From assembly GCA_051439425.1 (NCBI GenBank), contig JBFRWD010000014.1, forward strand, positions 1-30,627: a stretch of DNA of 30,627 nucleotides, written 5' to 3'. The DNA comes from Synechococcus sp. (GTDB taxonomy: Bacteria; Cyanobacteriota; Cyanobacteriia; Thermostichales; PCC-7336). The notes under the pieces were generated by a model. The model saw only the letters and a list, made by a program, of their open reading frames with translations, was not told the DNA's origin and made no database searches. Every line of letters begins with the position of its first letter. The first letter of the stretch is position 1. Shown piece after piece: positions 8,344 through 17,455 of the stretch. The translations under genes were made by a program, and so were the position numbers.

Positions 8344-9912
8344 CTAACGCCGCAAAATCAGTCGTCTCAAACGAGCGATCACCAAATTGACTTCCGGCAA
8401 TCTCAACAGCAAGGCACCTGCCGAATAAGCCACTAACCCAACCGCGGCTGAGAGACTTAACTTGATGAAGAGTGTGACAAGGCGATCTGCGAACCAGTGG
8501 GCATCTAGGATGGATTGCACTTGCCAAGTGGCGACAGCAGCGATCGCCATCAATCCTGTCAATCGCGCCAAATCCCAAAGCGTTTGTTTCCAAGGCCACA
8601 TTCCAATCTGCTTGCGCAGTGCCACCCCCAGCCAGATCGTGGCAACTAGATTCACCCCGGCGGTGGATAGCGGCAGTCCTGGAGCCCCAATTAAGCGAAT
8701 GCCAATCCAGTCGAATACTGCGTTGAGCACAATCGCCACCACGCTAATTTTCAGTGGTGTACGACTGTCTTCCAGGGCGTAAAAAATCCGCACCAAGACA
8801 TCCCGCCCCAAATAAAACAGCATCCCAACTGCATAGGCTGCCAGCAGGGCTGCCACTTCAACCGTGACCTCTGGCGTAAACTCCCCTCGCTCGTACACTA
8901 ACTGGACGGCTGGGCGAGCAAGGACTGCAAGCAGCATGGCAAACGGCAAAATCGACAGTCCGGTGGCTACCAATCCCTGTCGGACTCGCTGCCGCAACTC
9001 GGGCCACCGTTCCGGCACTGCCAAACTGGAGTAATAGGGCATGAGAGGCACCAATAGTGCATTGGACAAAATGCCCAGCGGGGTGAGGTAGAGAAGCTGA
9101 GCGTACGCCAGATTACTGATGGTGCGATCGCCCGGAACAAAGGATGCAAAGAAGGTATCGGTGTAGACATTGATGTGAACCGCCCCTGACGAAATCACAG
9201 CCGGAATCACCAGGGTCAAAACAGCCTTGACCTCCGGTCGATGCCAATCCAGCCGAGCCCGTAATTTGGTAATCCCCAGCTTGATTTGTAGCCCCAGCTG
9301 CGCTCCCCACTGCAGTAAGGCTCCGACCAGCACCCCCCATGCCAAAACCATTGGGTTGGCCTTATCACCAAAGGCAATGAGAGCGGCAATCACAGTCACG
9401 TTCGTCAGCACAGGACTGATGGATGGCAATAAATAGCTATCGGCGGCATTGAGAGCGCCAAACCCAACTCCCACTTGCCCAGCCAAAATGGCTAGCGGAG
9501 CCATGATGCGCAGCTGCTCGGCTGCTAACTGACGAGTTTCGGGACTAACACCCGGAGCTAAGACATAGACGATTCCATCGGCAGCCAGCAACAAAATCAG
9601 CGTTACAGCTCCTAAGACAATGGCTGCTAACGTTGACAGCGTTTCTACTAACGCAACGTTATCCTGGCCATCCCGCTTTTTTTTCATCACGCTGATGGTG
9701 GCACTGTGAAACGGGCCGTTCAGTCCCCCCAACAAAATGAGGAGGAAACCTGGAACGATGTAAGCAATGTTGTGAGAACTGTACGCTTCGCCAGAGCCGT
9801 AAATATCGGCAATCATCAGTTGGCGAACAAGCCCCATACCTTTGCTTAGAGTAGTCGCGATCGCCACCACACCCGCAATCCGCGCCAAAGAGCTCGCAAC
9901 TTTAGCCGACAT
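8344..9912 (-). CDS. murJ: Lipid II flippase MurJ (MviN)
   Basis: 522-aa polytopic protein with ATTLSKGMGLVRQ, LLGGLNGPFHS, QLVYERGEF and LVRIFYALEDSRTP motifs. Confidence 0.95.
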   Translation of the reverse strand: MSAKVASSLARIAGVVAIATTLSKGMGLVRQLMIADIYGSGEAYSSHNIAYIVPGFLLILLGGLNGPFHSATISVMKKKRDGQDNVALVETLSTLAAIVLGAVTLILLLAADGIVYVLAPGVSPETRQLAAEQLRIMAPLAILAGQVGVGFGALNAADSYLLPSISPVLTNVTVIAALIAFGDKANPMVLAWGVLVGALLQWGAQLGLQIKLGITKLRARLDWHRPEVKAVLTLVIPAVISSGAVHINVYTDTFFASFVPGDRTISNLAYAQLLYLTPLGILSNALLVPLMPYYSSLAVPERWPELRQRVRQGLVATGLSILPFAMLLAVLARPAVQLVYERGEFTPEVTVEVAALLAAYAVGMLFYLGRDVLVRIFYALEDSRTPLKISVVAIVLNAVFDWIGIRLIGAPGLPLSTAGVNLVATIWLGVALRKQIGMWPWKQTLWDLARLTGLMAIAAVATWQVQSILDAHWFADRLVTLFIKLSLSAAVGLVAYSAGALLLRLPEVNLVIARLRRLILRR

Positions 9913-10038
9913 ACCCCACCACCTTCACACCACCATTCACTCGGCCCAGTCGCCTCGGCATACCTGAGGCTCAGAGACTGTGTTCTCGAACTACACCGAT
10001 CGGCAATAGACCGCACACTAGCGCCTTCAGCTTCCACG

Positions 10039-10068
10039 AAAAAGGTCGACCCTAGCAGGTCGACCCTT
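10039..10068 (-). terminator. Intrinsic terminator of psbK
   Basis: Minus strand reads AAGGGTCGACC-TGCTAG-GGTCGACC-TTTTT, about 50 nt after the psbK stop. Confidence 0.7.
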
Positions 10069-10118
10069 AATTTTAAAGATTTTCCTTTAACTCAGGCAGG
10101 TGCCAGCGTTGCATCGAT

Positions 10119-10256
10119 TTACTTGAAACCGGCTGCAGCTTGCCAAACAAATGCCAACAGGAAGAACAGCAACGGAATAACCGGCAGAACGTCTACCAAG
10201 GGATCGAACAGCTGGTATCCATCCGGTAGCGAAGCCATCAGCATCATGAACTGCAT
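10119..10256 (-). CDS. psbK: Photosystem II protein K
   Basis: Manual translation [45 protein letters not shown] (45 aa), the canonical PsbK signature. Confidence 0.97.
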   Translation of the reverse strand: MQFMMLMASLPDGYQLFDPLVDVLPVIPLLFFLLAFVWQAAAGFK

Positions 10257-10401
10257 GTAAAAAGCCTCTATCAAACTCGCTCAGATATGCAAAAGAGCTT
10301 AACACACCTATGGTTCTGGCAGTGGTTTTGCTGTTAAATTGCCAATAGGTTCTAGGCTCTATCAATGCTAGGTTATTGACTTGCATTTAGTGCCTGGATT
10401 T

Positions 10402-10491
<90 letters not shown>

Positions 10492-10508
10492 TTCATTTCG
10501 CCTCCGTT

Positions 10509-10547
10509 CAATCCCCTGCAAACCGAAAGGTGCGGGGGATTGTTCTT
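10509..10547 (+). terminator. Stem-loop/terminator downstream of the tRNA
   Basis: CAATCCCCTGCA...TGCGGGGGATTG stem with an inner ACC-GAAA-GGT, followed by TTCTT. Confidence 0.6.
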
Positions 10548-10687
10548 GCTGGGACCGTATTTATCCGAACGAGTTCGCCTGCGTTTTAGGTCGATGTAGT
10601 CGCCGCTCGTTCACAGCAGGTGGTTCATAAAACTTTATAATGAGACGGCCACATGTTCGCTTGTGCTCAGCTACCGCAGGAAAACCC

Positions 10688-11560
10688 ATGTCATTCGATT
10701 TAGCAGGAAAGGTTGTGCTGGTGACCGGTGCATCCTCTGGTATTGGAAAAGCACTGGCCTTGGATGTAACAAGCCGTGGGGCCAAAGTGGTAGTGGCCGC
10801 CCGCCGGCAACAACGGCTGCAAGCAGTGGTCGACGAGATTGAAAGGACGGGTGGGGAGGCGATCGCCGTTCCCACCGATATGGCCGACACCCAACAGGTG
10901 GGCGCACTGGCGCAGAAAGCCCTGGACTACTTCGGGCGGGTTGATGTGTTGGTCAATAATGCCGGTTACGGCCAAATGGGGCCAATTGAAGCGATCGGAG
11001 ATGAAGCTGTCCGCCAGCAGTTTGACGTGAATGTGTTTGGCTTGCTCGCCCTAACCCGAGCCCTGATTCCACAGATGCGCCAACGGGGAGCGGGTCGCAT
11101 TGTTAATCTCAGCTCGGTTGCCGGAAAAGTATCGATGCCATTCACAGGAGTCTATAACGCCAGCAAATTTGCGGTAGAGGCCATTAGCGATGCCTTGCGA
11201 GTGGAGCTGGCCCCCTTCAACATTCGCGTTATTGTTATCGAGCCCGGTCCCGTGAGTACCGAATTTTTTGAGGTGGCGGAACGAGAGGCAGAGAGCACGG
11301 TGGATGTGGAGTCTAGCCCTTACCGCCAAGTACTGGAAGACATGCGCGAGAATTTAACGGACTCGTCATCCCAAATTGCGTGGACATCCGAGCAAACTGC
11401 CGCGACGATTGTACGAGCAATATCTACCGAGTCTCCAGCCGCCCGCTATGCCGCCTTTAGTGGTGGACAACTGGCACTGGGGCTGATGACCTCTCTCCCC
11501 GCTAGCCTCTCCGATCGCCTCTACAGCCAGTTTTTCGGGTTAAACAAACTGGGCAAATAG
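10688..11560 (+). CDS. Short-chain dehydrogenase/reductase (SDR)
   Basis: TGASSGIG, VNNAGYG, NLSSVAG, YNASK and IEPGPV motifs. ATG 10688 is preceded by AGGA. Confidence 0.93.
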   Translation: MSFDLAGKVVLVTGASSGIGKALALDVTSRGAKVVVAARRQQRLQAVVDEIERTGGEAIAVPTDMADTQQVGALAQKALDYFGRVDVLVNNAGYGQMGPIEAIGDEAVRQQFDVNVFGLLALTRALIPQMRQRGAGRIVNLSSVAGKVSMPFTGVYNASKFAVEAISDALRVELAPFNIRVIVIEPGPVSTEFFEVAEREAESTVDVESSPYRQVLEDMRENLTDSSSQIAWTSEQTAATIVRAISTESPAARYAAFSGGQLALGLMTSLPASLSDRLYSQFFGLNKLGK

Positions 11561-11602
11561 CAGCGTATTGAGTTGTTGGGATAGGGTGGCGGCATCTGCA
11601 TT

Positions 11603-11693
11603 GGCAATCCGCTGTAAGGTCTGGAGTGTGGAGGTGGCTGACAACCTTTCTTCACAAGGAAAGTGGCCCTGAAACTCTCCATAGCAGGTTGCC
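11603..11693. repeat. ~91-bp dispersed element with terminal inverted repeats, copy A (MITE-like)
   Basis: GGCAATCCGCTGTAAGGTCTGGAGT...CAAGGA...ACTCTCCATAGCAGGTTGCC; homologous to 27503-27594. Confidence 0.8.
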
Positions 11694-11743
11694 AAATGCT
11701 ATTAGTTGGCAGCCCGAGTCCAGTCAGTCACCCAATCGCAATT

Positions 11744-12892
11744 GTGACCCAACAGCTTTTTCCTCTCATCAAGGCACACACGCAGGTCGATGCGGCCCGA
11801 GCATGGTGTCGGTCGGTGCGTGGACTGCGCCCCTTGTTTGCCTGTGCGATGGGGTTTACCGAAACCGCATTGGTCCCTGGAATTTCTGCTGCTGGTGCCA
11901 CCCCTGAAGCGCGCAGGTGGACGGCGATCGCAGATGCGGAAGTCCTGCTGCATAACCACTCTGCAAGGCTGCCAACCGCCCCGGAAGGCTTTCCGTCTCC
12001 AGTGGTCATTAGCCAAGCACTGTGCACATCGCTCGATATCCCCGTGCAAGTATTTGATTGCGGCCTGCCTCAGCGAGTGCCGGGAGCGACGCTGGCGGGT
12101 TCACCATCAGTAAGGACGGCAGCTTGCCTCAGTACGGGGCAGGCTATGTCTGTGGAGCAAGCTGGCGAATTGTTCGGCGCAGGACAGGAGATCGGCCGCT
12201 CCCTCAGTCAAGAACACCCTTATTTAGCTGTTGGTGAATGCGTGGCGGGAGGGACAACCACGGCATTAGCACTGTTGATGGGATTGGGCATCGAGGCCAA
12301 TGGCATGGTCAACAGCAGCCATCCGGTGTGCAACCACCGTCAAAAACTAGAATTAGTCAACCAAGGGTTGATAGCCTTTCGCCAACGCATTGATAAGAGT
12401 TCAGCAGCATCAACAGCGCTGGAGCCATCATCACTGGAGACTGTCGCGGCGATCGGCGATCCGATGCAGCCCTTCGTGGCTGGCATGACCCTTGCAGCCT
12501 CCTGTCATTGTCCGGTGTTGCTGGCGGGTGGGACGCAAATGCTGGCGGTATATGCCTTGGCTCAACGACTGGCCACTGAACGAAACCAGACTTGGAATCC
12601 TCAAAACGTCGCAGTTGGAACCACCCGTTGGGTGGCAGGCGATCCTACCGGTCAAACCACTACTCTGGCCCAACTATTGCCGCCAGTTGCCCTGCTGGCG
12701 ACGCAGCTGAGCTTGGCCGAGTCTTGCTTTCCACAATTGCAGGCTTACGAACGGGGATACGTTAAGGAAGGGGTCGGAGCCGGTGGTCTGGCGATCGCGG
12801 CTTCTCTCTATGCCAACTTGAGTCAAGTAGAGTTCTTAAGCGCAATTGAATCAACCTATGCAGAGTTATTGCAGGCTACAGCGCAGACCTAG
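11744..12892 (+). CDS. cobT: Nicotinate-nucleotide--dimethylbenzimidazole phosphoribosyltransferase (cyanobacterial/archaeal CobT type)
   Basis: GFTETALVPGISAAG, GECVAGGTTTA, GDPMQ, LAGGTQM and YERGYVKEGVGAGG motifs. Start uncertain (GTG 11744 or ATG 11696); the ORF-track start at 11663 falls inside the repeat element. Confidence 0.9.
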   Translation: MTQQLFPLIKAHTQVDAARAWCRSVRGLRPLFACAMGFTETALVPGISAAGATPEARRWTAIADAEVLLHNHSARLPTAPEGFPSPVVISQALCTSLDIPVQVFDCGLPQRVPGATLAGSPSVRTAACLSTGQAMSVEQAGELFGAGQEIGRSLSQEHPYLAVGECVAGGTTTALALLMGLGIEANGMVNSSHPVCNHRQKLELVNQGLIAFRQRIDKSSAASTALEPSSLETVAAIGDPMQPFVAGMTLAASCHCPVLLAGGTQMLAVYALAQRLATERNQTWNPQNVAVGTTRWVAGDPTGQTTTLAQLLPPVALLATQLSLAESCFPQLQAYERGYVKEGVGAGGLAIAASLYANLSQVEFLSAIESTYAELLQATAQT

Positions 12893-13025
12893 TCTGAGCC
12901 ATAGTGCTAGGCAAGCTGCGAAGCAGATTTCTGGAACTGATGCCCTTGCTCCGTAAAAGCTGGAAACCTCTCATTCTTACAACCTTGCAGCAGTATGCAT
13001 TCTTATCCTCTCGATATCGAGCAAC

Positions 13026-13054
13026 AAAAATCCCTCCACAGTCAGTAGAGGGAC
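13026..13054 (-). terminator. Intrinsic terminator after psbV-psbV2
   Basis: Minus strand reads GTCCCTCTAC-TGACT-GTGGAGGGAT-TTTT. Confidence 0.7.
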
Positions 13055-13089
13055 ATCGATCTATACATCGGATTGGTAAGAGCACATCA

Positions 13090-13578
13090 CTAGAACGGCT
13101 CTTCCAAAATGTTGCTTCCCCAACCGGGAGCCGATTGCGCGGACTTGAGAACGAATGCGGCTAAATTAGTCAGCGTTTCATCGTCCATCCAACCTTCGGG
13201 GACTTGGCGACACTCAACGCTTTCTTCGAGGCCATCAAATGTCATGGGCTCCCGTTGAAACTCAACCAATGCAGTCAAGTTGTCCCGCCTGGGGGTTGCA
13301 CTCGATAGGTCTTTGAGGGACAGAGCCACAGTCGGATTGGGCAATGTTGCTCCACCAACATGGCAATTCAGACAATTGCTCTCAAACAACCGCTTTCCCT
13401 CGCTCAACTGCTCGGCCGTGATGGTCGCCATCGTACCGCTACCGTCAGCCGGTAACTCTACAGACTCTCGAACCTTGAGGTAATTAACAACGTAGTTATC
13501 GAGCTTGGCGATCGCCCCTGGCTGAAACGGTAACAGCAGTAGAAGCGCGAGCAGGAGAGTGGGAATCAGTTGTCGCAT
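13090..13578 (-). CDS. psbV2: Cytochrome c550-like protein PsbV2
   Basis: Signal peptide, CLNCH heme motif, GGATLPNP and PRRDN. A Cys (ECRQV) sits where PsbV has the distal His. Tandem with psbV. Confidence 0.9.
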   Translation of the reverse strand: MRQLIPTLLLALLLLLPFQPGAIAKLDNYVVNYLKVRESVELPADGSGTMATITAEQLSEGKRLFESNCLNCHVGGATLPNPTVALSLKDLSSATPRRDNLTALVEFQREPMTFDGLEESVECRQVPEGWMDDETLTNLAAFVLKSAQSAPGWGSNILEEPF

Positions 13579-13616
13579 ATCCTATCGGGTGCAAGTTCTT
13601 TGCAAAATGACGCAGA

Positions 13617-14156
13617 TTACTTGCGTTGCAGACGCTCGAAGGTGGGGTCGTGAGCAATGTTCTTGGACTGGCCCCAACCGGGATTGACCTTAGCCTGCTG
13701 AAGAATATAGCCCGCAATCAGCTTGACGTCGCTCTCGCTCAGTCCGCGCATCTCAATGTAGATGTCGTCCATGTCCAAGTTGGGGTGGAAGTCAGCCAAA
13801 GACTCCATACCATCGTAGGTAGTGGGGTTTTTAACGTAATCCACAATCCCCTCAACGGTGTCGCGACGAGGGTTCGCATTGGACAGGTCATCCAAGCTGA
13901 GTTCAATGTCGGGGTTGGTGTAGGTGGAACCTGCAATGTGGCAGTGACCGCAGGTGGGGCCAAACAGGCGGCGACCGCGATCCATTTCGGCTTCGCTAAA
14001 GGTGACGGTGGAACTTCCGTCGAGCAAAACGGTGCGATCTTCCGCGCTAAAGGAAGCGGCTTGGGCAGACGAAAGTCCAAAACCGGCGGTGAGTACTAAC
14101 AGACCCGCCAGCATCCAAGTGGTGAATTTTTTAAATGATGCCAGTAAGCGAAACAT
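13617..14156 (-). CDS. psbV: Cytochrome c550
   Basis: Signal peptide, CGHCH, YVKNPTTYDG and the distal-ligand segment DFHP. ATG 14156 is preceded by GAGGA. Confidence 0.92.
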   Translation of the reverse strand: MFRLLASFKKFTTWMLAGLLVLTAGFGLSSAQAASFSAEDRTVLLDGSSTVTFSEAEMDRGRRLFGPTCGHCHIAGSTYTNPDIELSLDDLSNANPRRDTVEGIVDYVKNPTTYDGMESLADFHPNLDMDDIYIEMRGLSESDVKLIAGYILQQAKVNPGWGQSKNIAHDPTFERLQRK

Positions 14157-14320
14157 GACTTTCCTCAAGACAGCTGAGAGTATTGAAATTTGTAATGGGG
14201 GCGATGAGAGCCAATCGCTCGGATACCGATGCAATCGCTCATACAAATATTAGAACAATAAGTCATTTTATTAAGAAGCCAGGTATCCTTCTCAGGATTT
14301 TCGGCATGCTTGTACGCGTC

Positions 14321-15622
14321 TTAAGAGCGTTCCTGTGGCCGGAATTGCTGCTTCTGAGACTCTAGATTGAATAGCATTTGCAGCGTACGCATTGCCGCTC
14401 GGCGGGCTTCAATATCTCGCTGAGCGCGCAGTTGAACCATCGGATCGTGCAAGATTTTGTTGACGATACCGCGTGTCAAGGCGTCAATGACTTCTAAATG
14501 CTTCTCGGCAAACTCGGAACCCAAGCGAGATAGAGCTTTCTCCATCTCCTGCGCCCGAATGGTTTCCACTTTATTACGCAAACTGCTGATAGTGGGAACC
14601 GTCTCTAAAGACCGCCACCATTCGTAGAATGTGTCCACTTCGTCTTCTAGCATGGCCTCTGCCTGCTCCGCCATTTTTAGGCGGTAGGCACGGTTTTCTT
14701 CCACTACTGCAGACAGGTCATCCACGTTGTAGCAGTAAACGTTGGGGATTTCCTCAACATCGGCCGCAATGTTGCGGGGGACGGAAATATCGACCATTGA
14801 GATGGGTCGATCTCCCACCAAAACCGGCTCCAGACATTCTTTAAACAAAATGGGCTCGGTCGCACCAGTACCTGTGAATACGATATCTGACTGGCACAAG
14901 CACTCTAATAACGTGTCGAGTGACTTAACTTGAATATTGCAGTTGTAGTTAGCAACTAATTTCTCAGCCTTGTCGGTGGAGCGGTTGAATACCGTAATCA
15001 GATTGGCTCCCTTCGCCACCAAGTGGGTAATCAGGAGGCGACACATTTTACCGGCACCCACCACCGCAATGTCCAAGTCCTTGAGACTGCCTTGCTTGGA
15101 CAGCATGAGTTCGACGGCAGCAGAGCTAATACTGACTGCCCCAGTACCAATGTCAGTGTCGGTACGCACTCGCTTACCGGCAGTAATCGCCGCTTTGAAC
15201 AGGCGATTGAGGATACGGCCCATCCCTTTGCTGCTTTGGCCGACTCGCTGAGCGGTTTTCACCTGAGCAAGAATCTGACCTTCTCCCAGCACCAGACTGT
15301 CCAAACCACCTGCAACACGCATCAGGTGCATGATGGCGTCTTGATACAGAAGGGTAAACAGGTGGGGGCGAATGCTGCCCAACTCCAAATGCTTGAAGTC
15401 TGCCAAAAATTGCATGGTTTCGCGCACGCCGCTTTCTACATCGCCCGTGACGACATACACCTCAAGACGATTGCATGTGCTGAGGATCGTGGCTTCTTCA
15501 ATATGGGCGTAGCCGCAAAGAGTAGCGATTGCCTCTTCAACTTCGGACTCAGGGATGCTCAGTTGTTCGCGAATTTCAACAGGAGCAGTGCGGTGACTTA
15601 AACCGACAACAGCGATGAACAT
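14321..15622 (-). CDS. hemA: Glutamyl-tRNA reductase
   Basis: [41 protein letters not shown] and DISVPRN motifs. Confidence 0.98.
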   Translation of the reverse strand: MFIAVVGLSHRTAPVEIREQLSIPESEVEEAIATLCGYAHIEEATILSTCNRLEVYVVTGDVESGVRETMQFLADFKHLELGSIRPHLFTLLYQDAIMHLMRVAGGLDSLVLGEGQILAQVKTAQRVGQSSKGMGRILNRLFKAAITAGKRVRTDTDIGTGAVSISSAAVELMLSKQGSLKDLDIAVVGAGKMCRLLITHLVAKGANLITVFNRSTDKAEKLVANYNCNIQVKSLDTLLECLCQSDIVFTGTGATEPILFKECLEPVLVGDRPISMVDISVPRNIAADVEEIPNVYCYNVDDLSAVVEENRAYRLKMAEQAEAMLEDEVDTFYEWWRSLETVPTISSLRNKVETIRAQEMEKALSRLGSEFAEKHLEVIDALTRGIVNKILHDPMVQLRAQRDIEARRAAMRTLQMLFNLESQKQQFRPQERS

Positions 15623-16020
15623 AATCTTTTCCTGAATTCCTCCCTGATATCAAACATCTGGTTCTTAATTCTGCTCGGGCAGTACAGCTGCCATTTCAGC
15701 GCCTCTCAACTCATTCTTGCAACAACCCTGAGATTGTCGAGCAGGAAGTTGAGTGGCGAAGAAAGGAACAAAGAACCAAGGCCTCAAACGAGCATGAAAC
15801 GTTTTTTATTAGTCCAAGTTTTTAGGATGTACCTAAGTATTAAGACCAGTATCGAACCATATGTAGGACTTTTGGCTGAAGAGTTATTACAGTTTTACAG
15901 AACTTTTTGTTTAACATTTCGATACAAAAGGAGTTTTGCTACATGATGTGATACTCAGCCTAGACATTTCTCTGGAAGCAGCGTTTAAAGGGCAATTGCA
16001 CAACCCAGCTGAAGATCCAC

Positions 16021-16062
16021 AAATAAAAACCGACAGCAGATTGCCAGCGAATCCACTGTCGG
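16021..16062 (-). terminator. Intrinsic terminator of glpX
   Basis: Minus strand reads CCGACAGTGGATT-CGCTGGC-AATCTGCTGTCGG-TTTTTATTT (13-bp stem with two G-U pairs). Confidence 0.8.
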
Positions 16063-16124
16063 CGAAGCCAATTCAAGTCTGTTACCAACTTCGAAACTGA
16101 ATCGAACGGGCAACAGGTAGGTTC

Positions 16125-17165
16125 TTAGCGAAGCTGCAGGTAATTGGGCAGGTGCTCCTTAACGTGGATGGTGTCCACGAAACGAACAGATTTGGACTGG
16201 CTGGAGATGATCAACGATTCGGTACGAGCGCCGCCCTTAAAGAATCGAACACCGCGCATCAAATCTCCGTTGGTGATTCCACAAGCAGCAAACAGAACTT
16301 CATCGCCACTTGCCAACTCGTGAGCTTCGTAGACCTTGTTAAAGTCTTCGATACCCTTCTCGCGCAGCTCGCGCTCGGTTTCCTCCATGGAGGGCAAGTA
16401 AGTGCCAGCCTTCACAACTTCGGGATCGTAAATCAGACGGCCCTGGAAGTGAGCTCCCAAGCAGCGAAGTGCCGCAGCCGAAATAACACCTTCAGGCGCT
16501 GCACCAATTCCCATGAGCGCGTGGACACCAGTGCCGCTGAAAGCCGCAGACAGAGCAGCGGAGATATCACCGTCAGAAATCAAGCGAACGCGAGCGCCAG
16601 TTTCGCGAATCTCCTTGATCAACGTGTCGTGCCGACCGCGATCCATCACGATCACAACCAAGTCCTCAATCGCGCGATCGAGGCAGTCAGCCAGAATCTG
16701 TAGGTTCTTGGCTGCGGGGTAGTCGATATGAACTTTGCCTTTTGCCTGAGGGGGAGCAGCCAACTTCTGCATGTAGACGTCGGGAGCATTCAGCAGACCA
16801 CCCTTCTCGGAGATGGCCAGTACCGCCATCGAACCATTACGACCGGTGGCAACCAGGTTGGTACCTTCGCAGGGGTCAACCGCGATATCGATTTCGGTGA
16901 GTTCTTCCACACGGCAAATCTCAGCGGCATTCTCTTGAGTGCAAATGCCTACTTCTTCGCCAATGTACAGCATGGGTGCTTCGTCGCGGGTGCCCTCACC
17001 AATGACGATGCGGCCGCGCATTTGAATTTGGTTAAAGCGAGCACGCATGGCTTCTACCGCTGCTTCGTCCGCTTCATCCTTGAGGCCGGTCCCCATAAAG
17101 GCAGAGGAGGCGATCGCCGCCTGCTCTACCACTTCAATGATCTGTAAACCTAATGTGTTATCCAC
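16125..17165 (-). CDS. glpX: Class II fructose-1,6-/sedoheptulose-1,7-bisphosphatase
   Basis: [33 protein letters not shown] and [14 protein letters not shown] motifs; GTG start. Confidence 0.97.
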   Translation of the reverse strand: MDNTLGLQIIEVVEQAAIASSAFMGTGLKDEADEAAVEAMRARFNQIQMRGRIVIGEGTRDEAPMLYIGEEVGICTQENAAEICRVEELTEIDIAVDPCEGTNLVATGRNGSMAVLAISEKGGLLNAPDVYMQKLAAPPQAKGKVHIDYPAAKNLQILADCLDRAIEDLVVIVMDRGRHDTLIKEIRETGARVRLISDGDISAALSAAFSGTGVHALMGIGAAPEGVISAAALRCLGAHFQGRLIYDPEVVKAGTYLPSMEETERELREKGIEDFNKVYEAHELASGDEVLFAACGITNGDLMRGVRFFKGGARTESLIISSQSKSVRFVDTIHVKEHLPNYLQLR

Positions 17166-17382
17166 AGTTGTGCTCTCCCTGATGCTCTCGCAAAGCCGAA
17201 CTTATCTGTAACGACAAGATCCGGTTCCAACTCTTTTGTGTTATGCAATGTGTGCGTCATAACCACTGCGCCAGGCAGCGTCTTGCGTCGCATCACCAGT
17301 CAACTGGGCTCTTGCAGCCGTGAGGGCCAGGAAAACCTGTGATTCCAGTTGTGGAATTAGCAATGTGCCAACTCAAGGGTTC

Positions 17383-17391
17383 AGTTTACCA
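17383..17391 (-). promoter_or_regulatory. Putative extended -10 element (TGG-TAAACT) for glpX
   Basis: TGnTAAACT on the minus strand, about 220 nt upstream of the start. Motif match only. Confidence 0.35.
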
Positions 17392-17455
17392 GGGAGGGGG
17401 ATCGCTCTGATGACCCCGATAGGCACTGGTTTGCAGTACTGGCAAGCTTGCCCTG

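Noticed and set aside
8128..8436. ORFs 8128..8436(+), 8112..8306(-) and 7919..8146(+)
   Set aside because: No recognisable product. Their internal peptide repeats are explained by the DNA repeat cluster, and one overlaps murJ.
10087..10386. 99-aa ORF on the minus strand
   Set aside because: Out-of-frame overlap with psbK, which is the real gene.
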